Source of the DNA: a virus
Taxonomy: Duplodnaviria; Caudoviricetes
DNA: 64,000 nucleotides
Virus record (IMG/VR): IMGVR_UViG_3300029288_000143
Span: 1-64,000 of that record
Reading direction: 5' to 3' (one strand)
The notes below the pieces were generated by a model that had not been told where the DNA came from, did no database searches, and was given only the letters and a program-made list of their open reading frames with translations. Positions 47,733 through 55,760 of this stretch are shown here, one piece after another; position 1 is the stretch's first letter; every line of letters starts with the position of its first letter. The position numbers were made by a program, and so were the translations under genes.

Positions 47733-48827
47733 ATGCCCACACAAAAAACCGGAATGACTCCTCCCCAAAATCCTGCTGCGCCGACGACCCCTGTGCCAAC
47801 CCAGGAAGTGTCGCAGCAAGCGCCCACGCTGCAGCCTGGACAGTCGATGACTATCGGTGGGCGCGAGATGACGAGGATGTCGGTGCTCGGCGCAGTGAAC
47901 GAGCACATGCAGACAACGGGCAAAGATCTATTCGGCAACCCCGCTGGAGGAGGCGTTAGTCCAGACGCCGCACAATTCGCGGCAGACGCAGCGCAACTGG
48001 GACTGAACGTTACGGCTGAGCCACAGCGCAGACCAGATCTGCCAGTACGTCAGGTGCCACGACAAGAGGACGCTGATGTCGTTCGTCCGCCGGAAAAAGA
48101 TGAAAACCCGAACGAATTGGTCAATATTATTTCCGACCAGATCAACATGGCGCATCGGTCAGGAAATGAAGATCTGGCTAATGAATTACGGGAAACTTTG
48201 AATAAACTCCTGGGCACGCAACAGTCACTCAAAAAAGTGCACAGGGCCAAAAAAGAGAACGCTATTCTGTCCAGGTTGAAGGCCGACCTAGGTATTCAGA
48301 AAATCAAACCCGTGTCAGTGGATTGGGGCGGGTACAAATGGCACTTTGCTCCAGCCCCCGCAGCCATGGACCGTTGGCTCGTCGCGATGGCAGCGACTGA
48401 TGGTGCCAACATGTATTCCGTCCTCAAGGTCGCGATTTCCCTGGTAGGGATTGATGGCGAACCCGTATGGAAGGTCCTGGGCATCGAGCTAGAAGCAGAT
48501 TACCGCCAGGATGGCAGTGACAAAACTGTGCGTGTGCCGCTGTACACGCGTCTTTGCCCGTCGTGTGGCAATAATGTCGGCTTTGAGACTGATACGTGTC
48601 AGCAGTGCGGAACACTGCTCGACGTATTTTCCATGCCGCTGCCTCTACGGCTCCGGTGTGCGGATGCGGTGAACCAGTTTTTCCAGAATGATTTCGGTCC
48701 GTACGAGCAACTGGTCGATTTGTACGATTTGCTCAATAAAGCAATGCCAGACCGAATTAAAAACCACAACGATATCTACCCTTTTCTGAAAGTATCCCAG
48801 CCGCAGCCGCAGCCGACCCTTACTTAG
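47733..48827 (+). CDS. tail assembly chaperone (G-like) with Zn ribbon
   Basis: between tube and tape measure; CPSCG..CQQCG; slippery heptamer near the 3' end. Confidence 0.7.
   Translation: MPTQKTGMTPPQNPAAPTTPVPTQEVSQQAPTLQPGQSMTIGGREMTRMSVLGAVNEHMQTTGKDLFGNPAGGGVSPDAAQFAADAAQLGLNVTAEPQRRPDLPVRQVPRQEDADVVRPPEKDENPNELVNIISDQINMAHRSGNEDLANELRETLNKLLGTQQSLKKVHRAKKENAILSRLKADLGIQKIKPVSVDWGGYKWHFAPAPAAMDRWLVAMAATDGANMYSVLKVAISLVGIDGEPVWKVLGIELEADYRQDGSDKTVRVPLYTRLCPSCGNNVGFETDTCQQCGTLLDVFSMPLPLRLRCADAVNQFFQNDFGPYEQLVDLYDLLNKAMPDRIKNHNDIYPFLKVSQPQPQPTLT
48779..48785 (+). other. programmed -1 frameshift site C-CCT-TTT
   Basis: X-XXY-YYZ in frame with the chaperone; -1 frame open from 48761 to 49267. 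Confidence 0.75.
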
Positions 48828-49267
48828 CAATTTGGGGTCGTGTTTGTGCTAGGTTGAGGCTTTCGCCGCTGGAAGAGCGCGCGAAGCAGTTGTACTACAA
48901 TCCCACGGCTTTGCTGTGGACCGATTGGAATTGTGGGCAGGAAAACGATGCAACGTTTGATCGCCTAGGTGATATGCTGGGCGTGCGCTGGACCCGGGAA
49001 CAAGTCGAACAGGTTTTCAACAGTCGTACGGACCCCCGGCAAAAGCTGGAAACTATTTCGATCCCACTGACATTTGTAATTCAGCCTGAGTTCCAAGAGG
49101 CTGTCAAAAGTATGTTTGGTTCTAAGTTCGGTATTGACCCGCCTGAATGGGCCAAGACTGCAACGGTGGTTGAAGGTTGGGATATCCCTCGCGATCAATT
49201 CATGCATTTGGCTCGCGGTGCTTCCGTGGCGATCCCTGTGGAGCAAATGCGACAGCGTAAGCACTAG
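48782..49267 (+). CDS. T segment of the frameshifted chaperone (GT-like)
   Basis: FSESIPAAAAADPYLAIWGRVCARLRLSPLEE...; track TTG start at 48854 lacks a good RBS. Confidence 0.7.
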   Translation, partial: FSESIPAAAAADPYLAIWGRVCARLRLSPLEERAKQLYYNPTALLWTDWNCGQENDATFDRLGDMLGVRWTREQVEQVFNSRTDPRQKLETISIPLTFVIQPEFQEAVKSMFGSKFGIDPPEWAKTATVVEGWDIPRDQFMHLARGASVAIPVEQMRQRKH

Positions 49268-49275
49268 GTGAAGTC

Positions 49276-51978
49276 ATGACGGTATTGGGCGGCACTCCTC
49301 CAGGCGGAACTGGCAGCGGTAAAGGCGGAAACCCGCCTGCAACCCCGTCTAACATCAATCTTGCTAGCAGCACGGCGTCGATTAATGCCGAAACCGAAGC
49401 CTTGCTGCCCAATACCAAAGCACTAGATCAAAACGAGGGTGCACGTGAACGCTTAGGGCGACTACAGAAACAAAAGATACCCGAAACGTTCCTGGAATAT
49501 TTAAAACGCGAAACAGAAGAACTTCAAAAAGCCACCGTGGCCATGGGGCAGTATCGTCAATATGTCGGTCAAAGCTTTGAAGCGGTCAAAGGCTTCATGA
49601 CCGAAATGCAGAACATGAATTCGTTGACTGCAATTTACACGAGAACCTTGAACCAGCTCGAGCACAGCACACAAACCTATACGTCGTCCATGCAGGCCAA
49701 TACGGACAACATGGGGCAGGCAACAGAACAAGCCGATAGATTCTTTGAGGGTACCAGGGCAGCAGCAGCAGAAGCAGAAAATCTAGCTGCTACGTATAAA
49801 ATGTCCTCGGAGGAAATCAACGCAGCGAGTCGCACGGCGCAGAAAATGTTCGCAACCCAACTCGGGGCCATGGACGACGTGGGCCAGGGCATGAAAGACC
49901 TGCAGAAGAATTCAATAGTACTGGGTCGCTATCTTGGCGTTGATCAAAAAGAAGTCATGGAATCTTGGCGCGAACGTATGGAAGCGTCGAACATGACTTT
50001 GGAAGACGCGCAGCAAGAAACCGCGATGCTCACGAAGGTCACGGACCAGTACACCAAGGAATTGACCTCGCTGAGCGGCGAGATGCTCAAGACGGCTAAA
50101 ATCGGCAAAAAAGAGATGTTCGAGGCGACCAAGGCCATCAACAATGAGTTTAAAATCGGGGTGCCGAATGTCGTCGCGTATACTAACGCCATGGCCAAAA
50201 TGGCCGTGCAGGCAGCTAAATTCGGTGGAACAAAAAATGAGCAAAAAGATGCCATGGAAGGCGTGCTTCGACTAGGCAAGTCGCTCACAACGGTGAAGGG
50301 CGAATTCGGGCTCATGGGTATGCTGGCGTCTGAAAAACTATACGCCCAGTTTAAGACGGCACCAGAAACTTTGTCCAAAGGTCTACGTGAGCGCTTCAGT
50401 GCACGCGCCAGCATGATGGAGGGGGCACCCGACATCATGAAACGCCAGTACGCGATGGAAACTGCTGGAGGGAGTAAAGAATTTACGCGCTTGGCTTTCG
50501 CTGAGTTAGCTGCAAAAGGTAGCGGAAATGTAGATCAATTAGCTGCACAAATACAAGAAGTTGCTGGTGGTTCGGCCATAACAGCGCGTATGCTCGCCAG
50601 TGCAACTTTGTCTAAGGATGAAAAGTCTTTCGACAAAGCATTCAGCGAGCTAGAAGAATCTAACAAAACTGAAGCACAAAAACAGCTCGATAAAGTGGAA
50701 GAGACCGTTAAAAACGGAGCGAAAACCAATACACTGCTGGGTAATGTCGTAAGTGAACTACAAAAAATTCAAAAATACATGATGTATATGGCCGTAGGAA
50801 GCCCCATATTGTCTGCACTTGCCGGACCATTGGCTGGTAAGCTGCTCGGGGGTGTACTAGGTTTAGGCACTAAAGTCCTTGCAGGCGGCGCAGTGACCAG
50901 CGCAACTTCAACGACAGCAGCCGGAACCATTGTAACGGGCGGCAGTACTGCTGCGGCTACGGGTGCCGGCGCGCTCGCAGCGATCAAGGCGGCTGCCGCG
51001 GCTGCGGCGGTCCCTGCTGCGCTGGCCGCAGGTGCTGCAGCTGTGGGCTATGTTGGGTATAAAGCGTTCAAGGCTCACGAAGGCGATAAGGAAGACGAAG
51101 CGTCGGGCAGAAGAGCGCGTGGCGGGGCTAAATTCTCGAAATGGTTGACAGGGCAGGATTCCGTAGATCTAAACAATGTCGTTATGAATATGTCGTGGGA
51201 GGAATTAGCCAACAGGAAAAAAATGATCGTTGAGCTTAAAAAGGACGTAACTAGGCTAAAAAGTCTGGGCGACAAGATGACGGAAGTAGACAAAAAAGAG
51301 CTAGAACTACGTGAGGAAAAGCTCGCTAAAATACAGAAATCTATCAAAGCCATTACCGACGCCGAGGCGAAAGAAAAAGCGTTCACCGACCAAGAGCTTA
51401 ATGCACGCCATGAAGCCACTGTGGCAGAAACCGTGAAGCGCGGTTTTGCCAATCTGGACGTTAGAGGCGGCACTCAAGGTATGGTGGCATCTTTCCTTTC
51501 TGGTCAAGGCCAAGATGTCATGCGCGGCGACTTTGCAGGTAATATCGCTGCGGCACTCGAGGGAAGCGAAGGCAAAGCGCTCAAGGAAAAGCTCGGTGAG
51601 GTTGGATTTAAAGAGTTTACAACGGCGTTAAACAAAGAAACTATGATTAAACAGATGGGTATAGCGACATACGCCGAAGAGGCAAGAGTGCGTCGAGGCA
51701 GTAATACGCAAATAGCAGAAGAATGGGGCAAACGCGGGCGTGGTGCGGCGTCCACCATCATAGGGTTCACAGACGAAGAGCGTAAAGCCGTAAACAAGGG
51801 AACCAAATTGAGCATTTCGGCTGCCGCGGGAGATGACGGCAGCATTGCAATTCCCACAGTCGACGCCAACGGCACCATGACGATAGCTATGCCGTCGCAG
51901 TTCTTGAGAATAAACGGTAATGCGATGTCGACACAAATGTCAGATCTGCAGAACACCAACAGCAAGCCCGGTCTGTAA
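49276..51978 (+). CDS. tape measure protein
   Basis: 900 aa helical; A/G-rich hydrophobic stretch; follows the chaperone. Confidence 0.85.
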   Translation: MTVLGGTPPGGTGSGKGGNPPATPSNINLASSTASINAETEALLPNTKALDQNEGARERLGRLQKQKIPETFLEYLKRETEELQKATVAMGQYRQYVGQSFEAVKGFMTEMQNMNSLTAIYTRTLNQLEHSTQTYTSSMQANTDNMGQATEQADRFFEGTRAAAAEAENLAATYKMSSEEINAASRTAQKMFATQLGAMDDVGQGMKDLQKNSIVLGRYLGVDQKEVMESWRERMEASNMTLEDAQQETAMLTKVTDQYTKELTSLSGEMLKTAKIGKKEMFEATKAINNEFKIGVPNVVAYTNAMAKMAVQAAKFGGTKNEQKDAMEGVLRLGKSLTTVKGEFGLMGMLASEKLYAQFKTAPETLSKGLRERFSARASMMEGAPDIMKRQYAMETAGGSKEFTRLAFAELAAKGSGNVDQLAAQIQEVAGGSAITARMLASATLSKDEKSFDKAFSELEESNKTEAQKQLDKVEETVKNGAKTNTLLGNVVSELQKIQKYMMYMAVGSPILSALAGPLAGKLLGGVLGLGTKVLAGGAVTSATSTTAAGTIVTGGSTAAATGAGALAAIKAAAAAAAVPAALAAGAAAVGYVGYKAFKAHEGDKEDEASGRRARGGAKFSKWLTGQDSVDLNNVVMNMSWEELANRKKMIVELKKDVTRLKSLGDKMTEVDKKELELREEKLAKIQKSIKAITDAEAKEKAFTDQELNARHEATVAETVKRGFANLDVRGGTQGMVASFLSGQGQDVMRGDFAGNIAAALEGSEGKALKEKLGEVGFKEFTTALNKETMIKQMGIATYAEEARVRRGSNTQIAEEWGKRGRGAASTIIGFTDEERKAVNKGTKLSISAAAGDDGSIAIPTVDANGTMTIAMPSQFLRINGNAMSTQMSDLQNTNSKPGL

Positions 51979-52001
51979 AACCGTTTCAGAAAGGATTTCA
52001 C

Positions 52002-52229
52002 ATGTCACAAAAACTTCGTAAGTGCATTCAACTCGGTAAAGTGGTGGTTCGTAATCGGACTTCCGGCGAAGTCATTGTGTATTACCCACTGCCAGACGGC
52101 TCGCCAGCGACTGCCACCATTTCCCCCGGTGGAAGTATGGAACTAGCGCCCAAGTTCACCACGCCGGCCATGTTGATGAAATCCAACCTGGAAGAGCTGG
52201 CCCGCAAAGGCCACGTGACTTTCATATAA
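52002..52229 (+). CDS. small hypothetical protein
   Basis: RBS AAGGA. Confidence 0.7.
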   Translation: MSQKLRKCIQLGKVVVRNRTSGEVIVYYPLPDGSPATATISPGGSMELAPKFTTPAMLMKSNLEELARKGHVTFI

Positions 52230-53110
52230 TGCAATGTCACATCCATGACAATGTTCCCGCCAGTGCAGATTTATTAGTCATTCACCACATTAAACCGCAA
52301 GCATTCGGCGGGCAAGACATACCTGAAAACCGTGTGATGCTGTGCGCATCATGTCACGACGTTCTGCATAAAGCAGAACATAAATTATCCAAAGGAAAGA
52401 CCGGAGAAGCACTAGATATTATCGATCGCTTTTTACCGAATCAGACTGCCAGGCAACAGCGTCTCCGTGCACTGATGAATTCTGTGGCCTCGGCGCGTAA
52501 GGCTTGGAAGACCAAGTCGAATGTTGTTCCGGAGGCTCAGGGTAAAGTTGACGACACTGTAATCGTACAGCTAAATCTTCCGATTTGGTTACACCATAGG
52601 CTAAAAACAACCGCGCAAGATCAACAGGTTGGGTTGTACAAGCTCTGCCTCCGGGTGCTGGAGCAATATGTCGTCAAGCAAGACATGCCAACCTTGGACC
52701 CGGCTATACCCGCGGCTCCGGCACCAGAAGTAAAGTTCATCGCACCGAAGCCAAATAAAATAATCCAGATCTGGAATGTTTTGGATAAAGCCGACGCCAT
52801 GGAACTCGAAACACGAATGTTGTCCGCGGGATCGAAAGAGCGCTATTGCGAGATCATGCAAAAGGCACTCAAGCTATCCCCGTTGCCCCGCCACTTAGAA
52901 GATAAAGATTTTAGTCTGGACGACGCGTTCGGGCTGCTGACATGTGTGTTCGACAAACTTAAAAAAGCGCAAATGCGCGGAGTCGACGAACTATACTGCG
53001 GTGTACTTTTGCTGGCGCTCAAGGGTTACCCCGTTACTTTACAAATCCAGGCAGAAGCTCAGCACTATAAAACAACAAAATGGTTATTGCATTTATTTCC
53101 TGCTGCGTAA
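52229..53110 (+). CDS. HNH domain fused to a ribbon-helix-helix-like domain
   Basis: IHHIKPQAFGGQD..EN.VMLCASCHD.LH; VQLNLPIWLHHRLKTTA...LYKLCLRVLEQYV. Confidence 0.65.
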   Translation: MQCHIHDNVPASADLLVIHHIKPQAFGGQDIPENRVMLCASCHDVLHKAEHKLSKGKTGEALDIIDRFLPNQTARQQRLRALMNSVASARKAWKTKSNVVPEAQGKVDDTVIVQLNLPIWLHHRLKTTAQDQQVGLYKLCLRVLEQYVVKQDMPTLDPAIPAAPAPEVKFIAPKPNKIIQIWNVLDKADAMELETRMLSAGSKERYCEIMQKALKLSPLPRHLEDKDFSLDDAFGLLTCVFDKLKKAQMRGVDELYCGVLLLALKGYPVTLQIQAEAQHYKTTKWLLHLFPAA

Positions 53111-53112
53111 AT

Positions 53113-53130
53113 CACCTTAAAGTTTAGTAG
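53113..53130 (+). promoter_or_regulatory. candidate phage late promoter
   Basis: CACCTTA-aagtt-TAGTAG. Confidence 0.6.
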
Positions 53131-53143
53131 TTTGGAGGTCTCG

Positions 53144-53515
53144 ATGGATACTTTTGTCTTTCGCGATGCTGTATATCGGCGTGTAATAGTTTCCCGTACG
53201 GCGGCTAGTGCCATGCAGGAGCTGCAGAGCGTTCCTCGAGATCTCACCGAGGAACAATTCGATGGCCTGTTGTGGCCGCTCGCAGAGAAGATGGTGCAGC
53301 AGTGTAGCACCAAAGATAAAGGGCCGACTACACGCGAGTGGTGCGTGTACTCTGGCGACAACCAGCAGGGCCTACAAAGCATGCATCTTGACCGGCAAGA
53401 CGCCGTAGATCATGCTTTTATGTGGTTGCAACGCTATTTCTTGACTGGCCTTCGTGGTAACCCAAAAATCAAGAATTTCGATACTTTCCTGCAAGAATAC
53501 GTGAAAAATCACTAG
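53144..53515 (+). CDS. tagged hypothetical protein (TFVFRDAVYRRV)
   Basis: RBS GGAGG before ATG 53144. Confidence 0.75.
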   Translation: MDTFVFRDAVYRRVIVSRTAASAMQELQSVPRDLTEEQFDGLLWPLAEKMVQQCSTKDKGPTTREWCVYSGDNQQGLQSMHLDRQDAVDHAFMWLQRYFLTGLRGNPKIKNFDTFLQEYVKNH

Positions 53516-53541
53516 CTTCGATCTTTCCCGCCCCTTTCTGC

Positions 53542-53570
53542 TTGACTTCCTCCGAATAACTGAATATAGT
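53542..53570 (+). promoter_or_regulatory. sigma70-type promoter
   Basis: TTGACT-17-TATAGT. Confidence 0.75.
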
Positions 53571-53578
53571 GGGTGCTG

Positions 53579-53636
53579 TTGCGCTGCCGGCGGATCCATT
53601 AATTTTGCCGCTGAATACCGGCCGCCGGCAGCGCAA
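53579..53636 (+). other. 15-bp perfect inverted repeat in the 5' leader
   Basis: ttgcgctgccggcgg ... ccgccggcagcgcaa. Confidence 0.8.
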
Positions 53637-53659
53637 TGCCTACAACCGAAAGGAAACCA

Positions 53660-53989
53660 ATGTCCCTAATCATCGATCCAACTGCACAAAATGACACACC
53701 TTCTCCTGCTTCGGAACCAGAACAAACCCCAAACGCTGATGGAATGATGACCCCAGTCATCATGCTGTTCTGTCCCAGATGCCATGCACAGGCCGCCATG
53801 GAAGTCAGGCCTATGATGCTACTGCTTAGGTCCGATGGTGTCTTGGTAGTGGAGGAGAAGGAAGGTGAGGAGATCATCGGCCAGGCATTTGTCGTCGGGA
53901 TGTCGCAGCCGCAGGCCAAGTGCCCGCAGTGTTCTTCGGGTGGAATCATCGTGCCGAACGGCGGCATGCCGCCGAATCTGAAGTTATAA
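53660..53989 (+). CDS. Zn-ribbon protein
   Basis: CPRC...CPQC; RBS AAAGGA before ATG 53660. Confidence 0.7.
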   Translation: MSLIIDPTAQNDTPSPASEPEQTPNADGMMTPVIMLFCPRCHAQAAMEVRPMMLLLRSDGVLVVEEKEGEEIIGQAFVVGMSQPQAKCPQCSSGGIIVPNGGMPPNLKL

Positions 53990-54126
53990 CCTCTCGGATT
54001 GGTTGGTGTAGTCCTAATAATTACAGACACTTACATTTATTGTAAAAACACCTTATCTGTATTGACTGGCACGGTAACATTTACCGTGACCATAAACCAC
54101 GGACAGGTGTCCGCGAGAGGTTTGTA

Positions 54127-54888
54127 ATGTATTTGATTTTTTCTTTGCTCCTGCTCATTCAGCAGGACACGCCAGTGACGGTTTCGGCAGGAGCCCGCGG
54201 GTTTGTTCCAAGCCTGGTGGCTTCCTCGCGTCCTCCCAGTAAGGCCGACATCGTCAAATCCATTGAAGCTCTCAAAGCGAAAGGGGTTCCAGTTTCTCCC
54301 GAAAAAGTAAGCAAATATGCGGACGCAATTCTAACCGCGTCGCGCCAGCACAGCATCGATCCATATTTGCTCGTGGCCATCGCCCGCGTAGAAAGTAATT
54401 TTACGGCAGCAGTGCGTAAAGATATCCGCTGCTCTTTGCCTCGTCAAGGTTTCTGTTCCCAAGACTGTGGCGTTACCCAGCAAAACTTTTCCGGTGCACC
54501 GAAGTGGGTTAAATTTCGGTGTGCTCAAGTGCAGAAAGATTATAAAGAATCGTTCATGCTTGCGGCCGAGGAACTCGCCAAGCACACGGAATGGTGTCGA
54601 GAGAAAATTCACCTCGACAGAGTGCCCGAACGCTGCATACTTAATCGGTACAACGGCGGGCCTATGTACCGAAAGGAAGAACAGTGCAAGCGTCTGTACA
54701 GCCAATGCTCGGCATTGCCCGAGGACCGAAAGCAAAAGTGCCTGTTTGGTCGGCGGCGCTGCATGATTATCGCAACGTACTGGACACGAGTTCTGTGCTT
54801 CCACCAAGCAGCGCGCACCGCAACTACACCTACGCGCGACTGCCGGTGGTGCTGGAGCGTCGACTCCATCGATAAACATTTTGAGTAA
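54127..54888 (+). CDS. SLT-family lytic transglycosylase with signal peptide, Cys-rich
   Basis: IDPYLLVAIARVESNF, GVTQ, YNGGP; N-terminal hydrophobic MYLIFSLLLL. Confidence 0.8.
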   Translation: MYLIFSLLLLIQQDTPVTVSAGARGFVPSLVASSRPPSKADIVKSIEALKAKGVPVSPEKVSKYADAILTASRQHSIDPYLLVAIARVESNFTAAVRKDIRCSLPRQGFCSQDCGVTQQNFSGAPKWVKFRCAQVQKDYKESFMLAAEELAKHTEWCREKIHLDRVPERCILNRYNGGPMYRKEEQCKRLYSQCSALPEDRKQKCLFGRRRCMIIATYWTRVLCFHQAARTATTPTRDCRWCWSVDSIDKHFE

Positions 54889-54938
54889 GGTGAAGAGTTT
54901 TATCTTAGCCTAATTTCTTACGTAAAGGTATGATTTCC

Positions 54939-55091
54939 ATGGAAAATTCACCAGAAAATAAGCAGCAGACAGCAGACTCTGCACCACCGCTGCCGGTCAA
55001 AACGGCTGGCCCGGTGTGTCAGCTTGGCTTGCTACCTCCGCCTCCCCCATCACCCTGCATAGAGCATCTCTATTTCGACTGCGATTTCTAG
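54939..55091 (+). CDS. 50-aa Pro/Cys-rich peptide (not in ORF track)
   Basis: RBS AAAGGT; MENSPENKQQTADSAPPLPVKTAGPVCQLGLLPPPPPSPCIEHLYFDCDF. Confidence 0.5.
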   Translation: MENSPENKQQTADSAPPLPVKTAGPVCQLGLLPPPPPSPCIEHLYFDCDF

Positions 55092-55104
55092 CAAAACTTA
55101 ATAG

Positions 55105-55122
55105 CACGTTATCTTTTAGTAG
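55105..55122 (+). promoter_or_regulatory. candidate phage late promoter
   Basis: CACGTTA-tcttt-TAGTAG. Confidence 0.6.
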
Positions 55123-55142
55123 TTCTTACGAAAGGTATAATC

Positions 55143-55697
55143 ATGTCCGTACCTAAATTTATCCGCGTCGCCGGTCAATTATATCGTTTGGCTGAGCCAC
55201 CGCCGCAGTTCACACAGGACAAAGACGAGCTTGGGAAGCTCGAGGCAGATCTCGAGATGGCAGAATCTATTGGCGCTACCGAAAACGCCAAGCAGATTAG
55301 GCAAAAAATTGAACAGCTAAAAACAGCTTTCGCACCCAGAGATAAATATTATGCTGACATGCCCGGCGCGAAGTACGTAATTGCACTTTCTCCCGAAGAA
55401 GAAGAGATTCTATTCCAGATCCATGAGGGACAGGGCGACGCCGTCTATGCAGTCGCGAGCCGCAGTCATAGCGCTGGGTTAACTTGGGTCACTGAGGACG
55501 AACTCTCGACCGTAGTGTCTCGTCTTGCCTGGCTGCTCAGTGACGCGACCATCACAGCGGAGATGTCGGAACAAGAGCAAGAGACTGCCGCCTCGCTTCT
55601 CTATGAACTAGAAAACCTATCGTCCGGCAGCACTGGAATTGAGTATCCTCCTGGTGTCATCCGGGAATTTGATTTGCAGACCCCACCCAGCGCTTAG
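55143..55697 (+). CDS. tagged protein (KFIRVAGQLYRLA)
   Basis: tag; helical hairpin. Confidence 0.8.
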   Translation: MSVPKFIRVAGQLYRLAEPPPQFTQDKDELGKLEADLEMAESIGATENAKQIRQKIEQLKTAFAPRDKYYADMPGAKYVIALSPEEEEILFQIHEGQGDAVYAVASRSHSAGLTWVTEDELSTVVSRLAWLLSDATITAEMSEQEQETAASLLYELENLSSGSTGIEYPPGVIREFDLQTPPSA

Positions 55698-55718
55698 TTT
55701 CATCTGTTTCCTGCTTTC

Positions 55719-55736
55719 TACCTTATATCTAGGTAG
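55719..55736 (+). promoter_or_regulatory. candidate phage late promoter (variant)
   Basis: TACCTTA-tatct-AGGTAG. Confidence 0.45.
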
Positions 55737-55760
55737 ATTTGCGTCTACCGGAGAACCTCC

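Noticed and set aside
54939-55091. Pro/Cys peptide as an o-spanin after the transglycosylase
   Set aside because: No hydrophobic signal or lipobox
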